A DNA stretch of 64,000 nt. Source: Bacteroidales bacterium. Lineage in GTDB: Bacteria; Bacteroidota; Bacteroidia; Bacteroidales; JBDKHP01. A program made the translations under genes and the position numbers. The DNA is taken from assembly GCA_965230435.1 (NCBI GenBank), contig CBDDLB010000004.1, forward strand, positions 335,292 to 399,291, in the 5' to 3' direction. Each line of letters opens with the position of its first letter. Position 1 is the first letter of the stretch. This document shows, one piece after another, positions 27,045 to 37,111 of the stretch. The notes beneath the pieces are model-generated. The model was not told where the DNA came from. It searched no databases and saw only the letters and a list, made by a program, of their open reading frames with translations.

Positions 27045-30000
27045 TTAAAATATCTGCTCCTCTACTTTTCCAGCTAAGTCTTTTACTGTATCTATAACAT
27101 TTATTTCTGGGTAAGTGATTTGCAAATCGTCAAAAGATAAATTAAAAGGTTTACCCTGTTCGTAGTGTACTGGGAGAGCTATGCCAAATTCCATATCCGA
27201 TCCCCATGCAAATGATTTGAGATTGTGCCTCCAAGATTTCTCAAACCAACCTAAACTACCTTTGAGTATGGCATTTATGTCAAATATGAACTGAGGGCTC
27301 ACGGTTATACTCGCTAAAGCATCCAAGGTTAATCCCGTTCTTGGACTCCAGTTTACTTCTGCCTGTGCAAGGGCTTCTGCATTCACTCCTAATGTACCCG
27401 CCAACTCGATGCCTCCTGTAACACTAGCGATTCCAGCACTAACACCTGCGGTAAGAGCTGCAGAAAGGGATAGCCCAGCATTTGCTGGTACGACAAACTG
27501 TCCGAATCCATGTATGCTGGCATTTTCTGGATGGCTAGGGTTGAAGGTGCCTTCAGCAAACAGTTCTCGCAACTGACCTGGGCCAACACCAGCAAAACAG
27601 CTAAGTTCGCCGCTTATCTGTGCTACTAACCCAACATTTGTAACACCAAGTGGTATGGCAAAAAGAGGTATCTGTATACTTGGCGGTCTAAATATTGTTC
27701 TATTAAATTCGTAACGCTTGAACAAGTCCATACTCTGAGGCAGTCCTATTTTTCCATCCACTTCAATTTCTGCATTAGGCAATATTCTAGCCCCTACCGA
27801 AGCCTCTAACCAAGGAGCAAGGCGCATGGCAAGCATACCGTCGCCATAGAAAGTGAATTCTTTTTCTTCCCGGCCTTTAGTAGCTCCAAGTTTTATTCTT
27901 CCGCTAAGAATACCCTTGTCGTATTGAGCAGATCCTTCTAAGGTCATATCTCCGTTGTCGTAGGCTACCAACAGGCTGGTATCGATACCTGGTATGTCTG
28001 GTGATGCTGTTCCTACGGCCGATATGTTAAAACCAGCCTGTCCATTCGTTTTGGAAACCCGTACAGAAATCTCCCCGCTTTTTATTCCTTTAATGTTTTT
28101 GGAAAGACCGAAATCACCTTGCAGATAGAATCCACTTTGATTAATTCCTCCAGATATGGCTCCACTTTCTACCCCTGGGATGTTTAGCTCAGCATGTGCT
28201 TCTGCCGAAAAATTACTTGCACTTGCATTTGCTGTAATGGTGGCATTTTGTATCCCCAGTATTGTGCCATCCGGTATTTGGGCAGTTCCCCCGATCGTTA
28301 AAACCCCATTGATATAGCTAACTGTGAGAGTTGAGTCAACACCAGGGATATCCAGTTCTGCACTACCCGAAGCTGATACGCTAACTCCCTCCTGCTCTGC
28401 TTCTTTCGAAATGCGTACCGCTACTTTTCCACTCTTTATGCCTGGGATATTTGAGGCAAGACTGAAATCGCCTCCTAATGAAAATCCACTATTACTCACC
28501 GCCCCAAATACATCGCCCTGTTCCAAACCAGGTATTCCCAGTTTAGCCCTTATCTCTGCTGAGAAATCTGTTGCATTACCAGAAGCGACAATGACGGCAT
28601 TTTGAATTCCTGGGATTTTTCCTTCTGGTATTTCAGCAGTACCACCAATTGTCAGTTGTCCGTCTTCGTATGTCACCTCAAAGCTTGAGTCAACACCTAG
28701 AATATCAAGATTCACAGCTCCTTTAACAGCTACAGTTATATCTTGCCCCGCTTCTTTTGAAATCACGACATTGGCCATTCCATTCTTAATGCCAGGGATG
28801 CTTTGAGTAAGCTGCAAATTACCCTGCAAAGCAAACCCACTTGCGTTTATTTCTCCCGATAAGGTTCCCTGCTGAATGCCGGGAATATCTACAACAGCAT
28901 TTGCCTCTGCTAAAAAACTGTTTGGCCCTGCTGTACCAGTAATTGTAAAATCTTTAATTCCTGGTATTTTACCCTCTTTTATTTTTAAGGTGCCTCCTAT
29001 CAGCAAAAATTCCTGACTATAATCCAAATCAACGCCTGCCATTTCAAAGAAATCGTTATCGAAACTTACAGAAGCGTTAGTTTCACTAACAGCAAACTCT
29101 ACTCCTTGTAGCTTACCGCCAACATTCCAAGATCCGTTTTCGTATGCAACTGATACTCTTTCATCTTTTGCTCCTGTACTCGGTACAGCCGTGCCTGAGA
29201 CTGCCAGATCGAACCCTTCCGCTCCTTTTTCTTTGGTAATACGGACAGACACATCTCCTTCTTTTATACCTGGGACATTCCTACCTAGTTTGAAATTGCC
29301 CCCAAGGACAAATCCTTTGTCGTTTATTATCCCTAATAAATCTCCTTGTTTTACTCCCGGAATATCAACCTTTGCAGTCACCTTAGCTGAGAAACCATTT
29401 TCTCCTATAGAGGACTTGATGGTTGCTTTTTTAACGCCTGGTATTTTCCCCTTACCTATTGTAAGTTGAGTTTTTGCCTCCAGAAATCCTTTTCTAACAT
29501 CTACACTGGCTTCTGCAAGTTCAAAGAAATGGTTATCGAAACTCACCGCAGCCTTACCATCTCCAACTTCAAACTCCACTCCTGCAATTTCACCCCCTAC
29601 TGTCAATGAGCCGTTGTTATAGCCAATCGACACATTGGATTCTTTCCCATTTATTTCTTTTACTGCATTACCTGAAGCTGAAACATTGAACCCCTCCTGT
29701 TCTTTTGTTTTGGTTACGTTCACGGTAACATTTCCGCTCTTAATACCAAGCGTTTGAGGATCGAGATCGAATGTGCCACCCAAAGCAAAGCCATTGTTAT
29801 CTATTGCTCCAGAAAGAACACCACTAGCTATGCCAGATATCGCAACATTTGCTTTTGCCGTTGCTGAGAAATTGTCCGCACTTGCATCTGCTGTAATGGT
29901 CATCCCCTGTATTCCTGGGATAACGCCATCTGATATATCTGCTGTACCTCGGATCATCAGAAGTCCGTTTTCGTAAGCAACAGAAAGGTCTGCATTAACT

Positions 30001-31112
30001 CCAGGAAAATCCAACTGAGCGCTTCCCGTAGCTGAAAAAATAAACTCTTCTTTCTCTTTAGTTATATTCACAGCCACGCTTCCGCTCTTAATACCGGGAA
30101 TGCCCTGCGCAAGGTCGCAGTTGCCGCTTAAAGCTAAACCATTGTTTCCCAATTTTCCCGATAAGACTCCATTTGCCAGTCCCTTTATATTTACTTTTGC
30201 GGTTGCCTCTGCGGAAAAGTTGCCTGCACTTCCTTTAGCTGTGATTGTTGCTCCTTGTATTCCCGGAATTGTCCCCTCCGGTATACTAAGCGCCCCCTTA
30301 ATCATCAGTTTGCTATTTTCATAAGAAACCGAAAGATTAGAATCGATACCTGGGAAATCGAACTTAGCTGCTCCAACTGCCGTAGTTATGAAATTTCTAT
30401 TCCCTTTTTCTTTGGTAACCTTTACGCTAACATTTCCACTTTTTATCCCTGGAATATTCGGACTAAGATTGAAGTTCCCAGTTAGAACTAAGCCATTGTT
30501 ACTAATGCTTCCAGACAGAACACCATACTCGATCCCAGATATATTGACCTCAGCATCCACAGTGGCTGAAAATTTACCGCCTCCAACTTTTCCAGTAACC
30601 GTGGCATTTCTTACCCCTGGTATTATACCATTCTGTATTTGAAATGTGCCTCCTACTTCCAAAAACCTTTTTCTAGCTTGGATGTTGACATTGGCAAACT
30701 CGAATAAATCGTTATCAAAACTTACTAAAGCTTGGTTTTCCTGCACATCCAACGTAACTAACGGTTGAGATTCTGTATCCGCATTCGATCTGGTAGAGGG
30801 AACTGTCGAATGATTTCGATCGGTGTCCGCTGCCCTGTTCTGAATTACAGCATTACCTGTTGAACCTCTTTCTAAGTTCATGTTACGGTGGCTATGTGAA
30901 ACAGGATTATGAGTAGATAATGAATGGTTATTCGTAAATGTATTATTATTCGAATTACTATTCTGTTGATTGGAGAATTGACTCTCGGAAGAGCCGCCAA
31001 GTGTGTCAACCGTCCTTCGCTGAGTATTCATTGCTGAACGGTTTTCCCTAGAACTTGAGCTATTCGACCGACTTTTATTCTTCTTTTCTGATTTTTCTAC
31101 TTGAGCATACAT
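27045..31112 (-). CDS. Giant leader-tagged repetitive protein (1355 aa)
   Basis: Starts MYAQVEKSEKKNKSRSNSSSS. About 9-10 diverged ~110-aa repeats with recurring IPGI[KQ]xG/A..., FSAE/A, GVLSG...NNG[FL]AL.G.F.L and VSYENG.L.I.G motifs. The unique C-terminal ~330 aa contain a Gly/Ala-rich hydrophobic region. Confidence 0.8.
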   Translation of the reverse strand: MYAQVEKSEKKNKSRSNSSSSRENRSAMNTQRRTVDTLGGSSESQFSNQQNSNSNNNTFTNNHSLSTHNPVSHSHRNMNLERGSTGNAVIQNRAADTDRNHSTVPSTRSNADTESQPLVTLDVQENQALVSFDNDLFEFANVNIQARKRFLEVGGTFQIQNGIIPGVRNATVTGKVGGGKFSATVDAEVNISGIEYGVLSGSISNNGLVLTGNFNLSPNIPGIKSGNVSVKVTKEKGNRNFITTAVGAAKFDFPGIDSNLSVSYENSKLMIKGALSIPEGTIPGIQGATITAKGSAGNFSAEATAKVNIKGLANGVLSGKLGNNGLALSGNCDLAQGIPGIKSGSVAVNITKEKEEFIFSATGSAQLDFPGVNADLSVAYENGLLMIRGTADISDGVIPGIQGMTITADASADNFSATAKANVAISGIASGVLSGAIDNNGFALGGTFDLDPQTLGIKSGNVTVNVTKTKEQEGFNVSASGNAVKEINGKESNVSIGYNNGSLTVGGEIAGVEFEVGDGKAAVSFDNHFFELAEASVDVRKGFLEAKTQLTIGKGKIPGVKKATIKSSIGENGFSAKVTAKVDIPGVKQGDLLGIINDKGFVLGGNFKLGRNVPGIKEGDVSVRITKEKGAEGFDLAVSGTAVPSTGAKDERVSVAYENGSWNVGGKLQGVEFAVSETNASVSFDNDFFEMAGVDLDYSQEFLLIGGTLKIKEGKIPGIKDFTITGTAGPNSFLAEANAVVDIPGIQQGTLSGEINASGFALQGNLQLTQSIPGIKNGMANVVISKEAGQDITVAVKGAVNLDILGVDSSFEVTYEDGQLTIGGTAEIPEGKIPGIQNAVIVASGNATDFSAEIRAKLGIPGLEQGDVFGAVSNSGFSLGGDFSLASNIPGIKSGKVAVRISKEAEQEGVSVSASGSAELDIPGVDSTLTVSYINGVLTIGGTAQIPDGTILGIQNATITANASASNFSAEAHAELNIPGVESGAISGGINQSGFYLQGDFGLSKNIKGIKSGEISVRVSKTNGQAGFNISAVGTASPDIPGIDTSLLVAYDNGDMTLEGSAQYDKGILSGRIKLGATKGREEKEFTFYGDGMLAMRLAPWLEASVGARILPNAEIEVDGKIGLPQSMDLFKRYEFNRTIFRPPSIQIPLFAIPLGVTNVGLVAQISGELSCFAGVGPGQLRELFAEGTFNPSHPENASIHGFGQFVVPANAGLSLSAALTAGVSAGIASVTGGIELAGTLGVNAEALAQAEVNWSPRTGLTLDALASITVSPQFIFDINAILKGSLGWFEKSWRHNLKSFAWGSDMEFGIALPVHYEQGKPFNLSFDDLQITYPEINVIDTVKDLAGKVEEQIF

Positions 31113-31873
31113 ATCTTTTCATTAATGGTTGATTTTTTTCTTGAAACTTAAACTGGTAGTAGTATTTGGGGGAATCTATCCTGTTCAGTTTTTCTGAACT
31201 GTGGTAAATCCACGAGAAACAATTAATTAACAAGCCACCGTATTTGAGGTAGGACAGAAAGATGAAGTTTTTCAATCTCAGCCTTAGCGAAGAAAAACGG
31301 TGGCAGTGAGGTGTTGATCTGTAAATGATAATTCGTAATGTTTTATTGAAGTACAACTACCGTAATCCTTTTTCTTTGAAATCAAAGAGTTAAGTAACGT
31401 GTAAAAACGGTTTCGGTTAAGGCATTCAATACAGGAACGTGCTGCTGAATTAACCTCCTTAATTTGACTACATACTGGTTATCAGGAGTAAACCAATTTA
31501 TTATTCCCTTATTCGTTATCCTAGATACACTTTGCTGCAACTTTAGTCATGATCGTTGCGTTTTATTTTCAGCTACCAGCTAGCAATGTGAGGAAGAGTT
31601 TTTTTCTTGTTACAAATCCCCACATGGTAGTCTTACGTCTAATAATTTGAGGATAACAAGTCCACTCCATAAAAAAGCAGATTGAATAAAAACAACTTGG
31701 AGGCAAAAAAGTTAGCTTAAATAGGCCTTCTTGCTTGAATACCTTAATACAATTGTCACTTTTTGAACCGACATAACGTTGATATACAATACCGTTCATA
31801 ATAAATAACACCACGTGCTTAAAGAAGCAGTTAGAGAGAATAAGCTCCATTAATTCAAATTAAACTTTTAATT

Positions 31874-32599
31874 ATGAGAACATTAGCCGTCATTTTCATT
31901 GCGCTTACAATATTTTCTTGCGAAATATTAGATGAGCAATTGGAAGAATTGAATTTAACAGAATCTGAAGTAGCACAAGGACTACGGGAAGCCTTAAGAG
32001 TTGGTACAGATAGTGCAACTGTTCAACTGGGACTTGTGGATGGTTATTACCGAGATGAAGTAGTAAAAGTATTACTCCCTCCAGAAGCCAATGTGATTGT
32101 AGAAAATGCCTCTGTGATTCCCGGCGGAGATGCTTTAATTGAAAAGGTTATACTGAACATTAACCGTGCTGCAGAAGATGCTGCAAAAGATGCTGGCCCT
32201 ATCTTCTGGGGAGCAATAACAGATATGACCATTACGGATGCATTTAATATATTAGAAGGTGAAGACAATGCAGCCACAGAATATCTTCGCTCGTCGACTT
32301 ATGATGGTCTATTTTCTTTGTACAACCCTAAAATAGAAACTTCTTTGAACAAAGATATAATTGGGGGCGTTTCGGCAAATGAGTCTTGGTCCGAATTAAC
32401 AGGACTATGGAATGATTATGCAAACTCTTTTATTGGAAAAGGATTGGGACACAAACCAATAAACACCGATCTTGATGCCTATTTAACAGAAAAGGCGTTA
32501 AACGGCTTATTCCATAAAATTGCAGAAGAAGAAAAAAACATCAGACATGACCCAATTGCACGGGTGAATGATTTGCTGAAACGGGTGTTTGGAGACTAG
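31874..32599 (+). CDS. DUF4197-family lipoprotein
   Basis: 241 aa. Lipoprotein-like signal ...ALTIFSCE. GLREALRVGTDSATVQLG...DEVVKVLLPPE matches my memory of DUF4197. Confidence 0.7.
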   Translation: MRTLAVIFIALTIFSCEILDEQLEELNLTESEVAQGLREALRVGTDSATVQLGLVDGYYRDEVVKVLLPPEANVIVENASVIPGGDALIEKVILNINRAAEDAAKDAGPIFWGAITDMTITDAFNILEGEDNAATEYLRSSTYDGLFSLYNPKIETSLNKDIIGGVSANESWSELTGLWNDYANSFIGKGLGHKPINTDLDAYLTEKALNGLFHKIAEEEKNIRHDPIARVNDLLKRVFGD

Positions 32600-32725
32600 C
32601 ACACTGTAGAGACAAATAGACTGTGCCTCTCTCAGTCTACTTTGGTATTGGGAGGGCATAGTCTTTACATTTAGTTAAATGCAAAAAGTTAGCTCTTAAA
32701 ACTTACCTGTTGGTTCAACAGCTCT

Positions 32726-33055
32726 TCACCCAACAAATACTTCATGAAAAGGTTCTTTTTGCAAAAGGAGTAATCGGTCGAGGAGACTCTGCGCCCTAGT
32801 TCGTACGGAAGAATAAGCAAGCTTGGTGCGGCTCAGTTTCTCAGTTTCAAAAATAAAAATTTCTAATTCCCTTATAACCATCGGTAAATCTTCCCGTTCC
32901 AGTACAATCCCCTCTTCGAAATGGGGCAACCATTCTAATTCATTGGCGCGAATGATTGGTTTCCAGAAAGATAGAAATACTCCTTGAGTAGCTATAGGCT
33001 GATCCTCAACATCCTCTTTCCCAACATCCTTAGTTATCAATAACACTACAGACAT
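32726..33055 (-). CDS. Candidate immunity protein of the 33096-35228 effector
   Basis: 109-aa acidic cytoplasmic ORF, 40 nt downstream of the toxin gene on the same strand. Confidence 0.5.
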   Translation of the reverse strand: MSVVLLITKDVGKEDVEDQPIATQGVFLSFWKPIIRANELEWLPHFEEGIVLEREDLPMVIRELEIFIFETEKLSRTKLAYSSVRTRAQSLLDRLLLLQKEPFHEVFVG

Positions 33056-33095
33056 GCATTTTTACTTTTGATGTTTTTTGTGTTCGAAGAATTCT

Positions 33096-35228
33096 TTAAT
33101 CTTCATGTTTTTCCTCTTTAATGGAGTCTCCATTCGGTATTGGAGGTAGAACCGGACGCAAACCAAACTCAACTGTAAATTTCCAGCCTGGGAAATTTGT
33201 CTTCAGAACAGCTATTTCTGCAAATACGGCCGCTTGAAGCGCTGGACTGTTGCCATCTAGCTTAAAATGGATGTGTTTGATTCCTTGAATATCGGTTAGA
33301 TTTGGCACACTGTAATCTGCTCCATTAGCTGCCCGGGTAGACGATGCCCGTGACAAGTTATTGATCCTTGTTGTGCTTTTTCTTGTAATTTGTTTTTGAG
33401 CCCATTGCTGTGCCGTCTGCGCAGGACGTCCTGTTCTTGGATTGACACGGGACAACCCCGAAGCTGATTTGTTCTCGATAAACAATGAATTCCGCATGTC
33501 AACACCATCAAACTCCCCAAGTGGACTGCCATTGGAATCGACATACTCTACACCACGGGTAATACTGTTGAACACATCCATAGGGCGACGTAGGGGGGCT
33601 TCTCCGGAACTAAATCTGCGCACCCGTTCTGTTAACCACTGTCCAGATTTAGTTTCGCCCATCGATTTACCCATCCTAGAATTTCGCAAAGCGCTCATTC
33701 CCTTAGCTAAACCAACACTTGCTGCATACATCACAACAGCTTCGAGTAAATTCCCAATAAGAACTCCAATTGCATCTGCAAATTCCCATGCTGCCTGGTC
33801 AATTTTCTCTTCGTCGCCGTTGGCATTCCAAACCGTTCCAAAGAAAGTAGCAAATGCAGCGCCCGTTTCCCACAGCGCCTGACCTACCCATGCAATCAAC
33901 ATACCCAAACCTAGCCATTCCAGTATAACCATACCAACTTCGAAACCAGCCGCTGCTCCCGGTGCCGCGCCAACACCTCCAGCAAGAGCGCCCAGTCCTG
34001 CTCCAATAGCTGTGGAAACAGCTAGAATAGCGATAGCAGCTATTACCATCAATGCAAGGGAAACCAGCACATTAACCAAAGCCTCTTCTACATGGCGCGC
34101 TATAGCCTGAGCCATATATTTTGTTGAGGCTTTTATTGCAGCTTTAATGTCCTCCAGCCTCTGAGCCATATTCTCGACAAATTCCGCTAAGCCTATGTCG
34201 TCCATGGCTTCGTAAGAAATTGATCCCGAATTGACAAGACCTTTCATACCATAAGCAAATGGTTGGCTGGGAATCCAAATTAAATCATCTGCATCAAAAC
34301 GAACCTGCTTCCAACCATCGGTGGTATCTGGTACATCCTTTTTATTTAACTTTCCAAGAATATTTACATAGAACCGAAGATCCTGCCCCCAGTCATCTGC
34401 CTTGTCTCCATAATATTTTTCCGCAATGGCTATTGCTGTCCCTTTTCCCCCAGCTTCTACTTTATGGAGTTTGGCATTCGGCTCGGGAAGGTGAGTCCAA
34501 ATGTATGATTTGGCTACATAACCCATATCTCCATCTTCGGTGGTGATATAATACCAGTCCCCAGGGAATTCCTTAACTACATAGACAGTGGTATTAAATG
34601 ACAAATCTTTAATTTTATTATCCGTATTTGTATCGGGTGAGCTCCGTAATCGTAGCTGTGGGGTTCCAGTCCAATTCACAATACCTATTTGGTCTACTTC
34701 GGTGCCTCCACTGGGGATACTCTGTTGGGTGTCTTCCTGTAGTTGAAGTACCCCACTATTCGCCACAGTCTGATGCTCTTTCATATACCATGGGGAAATC
34801 ATTTCCTTTTTTGGTTCTATGCTTTCGCCTTCTTTCAACTGTAAAGGAGATGAAAGAGGGCTTATATGGTGATCTGTTTTCAGAGATTCTGAATCTAAGT
34901 GTCCATCATTGTTTTGCACTTGGTCATATGAACTCAATTGGCAAGGCTCATCAGAATTAACCCCTTGTTCCTGAAAATCAATCAATCCCTCATTATTTTC
35001 TTTCCTCTGCAAGAGAGATTCAACTGGGGCTGTTTTTGAAGACAAAGACATTTCGCTCTGCATGCGTGAACTGTTGTTAATCACCTCTTGCATATGGCAG
35101 ACCCACAAATTCTCTGGCCGTTCGTCCATTATACGACTAGTTGGAATTTCTCTACTTTTTCCTTCGAAGCCCTTACTTGCTTGAGATCGACTTTTATCTT
35201 TTGATTCTTTTTCTACGTACTCGCCCAC
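33096..35228 (-). CDS. Leader-tagged effector: SH3b-like + membrane Gly-zipper + PD-(D/E)xK-like C-terminal domain
   Basis: 710 aa with a GTG start ([17 protein letters not shown] leader). SH3b-like LRLRSSPDT...[32 protein letters not shown] region [43 protein letters not shown]... C-terminus [20 protein letters not shown] has a D...ExK pattern. Confidence 0.7.
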   Translation of the reverse strand: MGEYVEKESKDKSRSQASKGFEGKSREIPTSRIMDERPENLWVCHMQEVINNSSRMQSEMSLSSKTAPVESLLQRKENNEGLIDFQEQGVNSDEPCQLSSYDQVQNNDGHLDSESLKTDHHISPLSSPLQLKEGESIEPKKEMISPWYMKEHQTVANSGVLQLQEDTQQSIPSGGTEVDQIGIVNWTGTPQLRLRSSPDTNTDNKIKDLSFNTTVYVVKEFPGDWYYITTEDGDMGYVAKSYIWTHLPEPNAKLHKVEAGGKGTAIAIAEKYYGDKADDWGQDLRFYVNILGKLNKKDVPDTTDGWKQVRFDADDLIWIPSQPFAYGMKGLVNSGSISYEAMDDIGLAEFVENMAQRLEDIKAAIKASTKYMAQAIARHVEEALVNVLVSLALMVIAAIAILAVSTAIGAGLGALAGGVGAAPGAAAGFEVGMVILEWLGLGMLIAWVGQALWETGAAFATFFGTVWNANGDEEKIDQAAWEFADAIGVLIGNLLEAVVMYAASVGLAKGMSALRNSRMGKSMGETKSGQWLTERVRRFSSGEAPLRRPMDVFNSITRGVEYVDSNGSPLGEFDGVDMRNSLFIENKSASGLSRVNPRTGRPAQTAQQWAQKQITRKSTTRINNLSRASSTRAANGADYSVPNLTDIQGIKHIHFKLDGNSPALQAAVFAEIAVLKTNFPGWKFTVEFGLRPVLPPIPNGDSIKEEKHED

Positions 35229-35448
35229 GATTTTTTCTTTTAAAGATTATAGGTTCGTAAAGCGAAGTCAAAGTCTTCGCCCAGCAGCTGGAATTGTTTG
35301 TACTATTTTCAGATAAAAATAAACGTATTAAATATTATAAACAATCATTTTTAGAGTTAACATCCTATTTAAAAGATAATAAGTTATTGCTTAATTTAAA
35401 AAACAAGCGTGTGTTTTTCACTCTATACTTTTATTATGACTATCGTGT

Positions 35449-35612
35449 TGAATACCTAAATTCAGAAAACAAAGGCCGCCGATCACCTTAAGTGATCTCT
35501 GACCTGCGCTAGGAAAGGCTGCCCACTTAGTAACATCAGCCTTCCTAAGCTTTCAAATGTGCTCCGAAGTGGGCAGCCTTTCACTAGCATAGCTAAAAAC
35601 ATATCGTTAGAT
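35449..35612. repeat. Copy 2 of the ~170-nt structured element (candidate ncRNA)
   Basis: TGAATACCTAAATTCAGAAAACAAAGGCCGCCGATCACCTTAAGTGATCTCTGACC...GGAAAGGCTGCCCACTT...TTCCTAAGCTT...AAGTGGGCAGCCTTTC...CATATCGTT. Collinear with copy 1. AT-to-GC changes occur on both stem arms. Confidence 0.6.
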
Positions 35613-35614
35613 CA

Positions 35615-36034
35615 TTATCGATAAGTATTTATACCATCTTGTTTATATCCCTCACAGTAAGTTTCAATTTTTCTTAAAGACCTTGGTAGCTTTTCTTTGT
35701 TCACATCATACCATTTTTCCCACTTTAATACATCTTGCTGTGTGACAGTCCGCCAACCAATAAAGTTTATATCGCCTCCCGATTCAATATCCGTTAGGTT
35801 CTCTAAGAAGCATACCGAATAAGGAAGATGGTATTGTCCTGTATAAACAAAATTCGTATCATGCATGATAATATTAACATGCTTTGTAACAAAACTAAGA
35901 TGTTTCTCAATCTCCAATTTCACATAAGTGTTCTGAATAGGTTCAGCAGACGAGCAAGAAATTTCCAAAACAATGAATGCTCCTATTGTGAGTAGGTTAA
36001 TACGGTAAAATCGTAACATTTGTAATATTTCCAT
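35615..36034 (-). CDS. Exported small protein (orphan immunity-like)
   Basis: 139 aa. N-terminal signal or anchor LLTIGAFIVLEISCSSA (lipobox-like). Confidence 0.5.
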   Translation of the reverse strand: MEILQMLRFYRINLLTIGAFIVLEISCSSAEPIQNTYVKLEIEKHLSFVTKHVNIIMHDTNFVYTGQYHLPYSVCFLENLTDIESGGDINFIGWRTVTQQDVLKWEKWYDVNKEKLPRSLRKIETYCEGYKQDGINTYR

Positions 36035-36158
36035 TTGAAATGGTTAACATTACCAGATATTTTTGTCTACCAATCATATATGCTGTTTATAGACTTTATC
36101 ATCGCTCATAACAAAACCTAAAAACCTTTTTTATGTTTTTAGGGCAATTCATTTAAGG

Positions 36159-36629
36159 TTACAGATTTCCAACTTTCTTTAGTAAAAACAAATCAGAATC
36201 ACTAATTCCAAATTGTACATACAAGCTATTTGATAAAACATTATTTCTTGCAAGAGGACTATTCTTGACATTATTATAAAAATTGTCAAAACCTCCATGA
36301 TCATCAAAAGAGTGTATATTTAGACCTATTTTATCTAAAAAAAAACGAGTAGCATTCGTATGATTGACTAAAAAAAAGATAAGACTATAATGCCCAACTA
36401 AATTCAGATCTTCCAGATCATTCACGATATCAATCCAATCATCTTCCGATAGTTTTATTATCGTTTTATGTAAGCTTAGTAATAGTTTAATAGAGAGTAA
36501 CGTAGGATAGTTATCTAGAAAATACGATAAAAATTTTTTCTTATCTATTTTTTCTAATGTTATAGCTACATTCCGAAAATCAGGAATTAGATGATTAGCT
36601 TTTTCGTGCATTGCATTTCTAATTTCCAT
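36159..36629 (-). CDS. Hypothetical protein (orphan immunity-like)
   Basis: 156-aa cytoplasmic ORF, no motif recognised. Confidence 0.5.
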   Translation of the reverse strand: MEIRNAMHEKANHLIPDFRNVAITLEKIDKKKFLSYFLDNYPTLLSIKLLLSLHKTIIKLSEDDWIDIVNDLEDLNLVGHYSLIFFLVNHTNATRFFLDKIGLNIHSFDDHGGFDNFYNNVKNSPLARNNVLSNSLYVQFGISDSDLFLLKKVGNL

Positions 36630-36749
36630 TGAAGCTTCAACTGAATATCATTTCATCAGGCAGCACAACTGCCCCATTATTAGTTATATACACTCAAACT
36701 CACCTTTGCATCATGTATTGTTAGAGTGTAGTGTTCAGGATTATTATCA

Positions 36750-36990
36750 ATATTGCCGTCAGCCATAGTTACCTATACAACTTTGGACAGCCCGACAGGC
36801 TATTTTTCGCCTGATAGGTTCACCGTTTGACAATGAGAATAGCGCCTCTATAAGATTTACGAAGTGTCCGACTTTATACAGATAGCTTAAATTTACTTAG
36901 GGAATTATGAATTGCAAATTGGCTTGCGCCTGAAAACCAGCACATAGCCAAAATAAAATAGTCAATTATTTATTTTATAATCCCTTATTG
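36750..36990 (-). pseudogene. Remnant of an effector 5' region (leader/promoter repeat plus a decayed start)
   Basis: 36901-36990 matches 61719-61797, the region immediately upstream of effector 60716-61693. Where that gene has ATG TAT AAA CAG GTA, this copy reads CTG TAT AAA GTC (minus strand, codon at 36879-36881) and stops after ~50 codons. Confidence 0.5.
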
Positions 36991-37111
36991 ATTCTTCATT
37001 CCTTTTTCTTCTAAAAATTTATCAAAATATGTAAAGAAATTATTCAACGCATTTGATTCGTCCTGAGAATAAAATAATTCTTTCCCAGCCTCTGGTATCA
37101 TCTAAATTATA

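Noticed and set aside
28324-30642. Series of 67-93-aa plus-strand ORFs inside 27045-31112
   Set aside because: They recur with the period of the protein repeats and are Pro/Ser-rich antisense frames. No independent starts or contexts support them.
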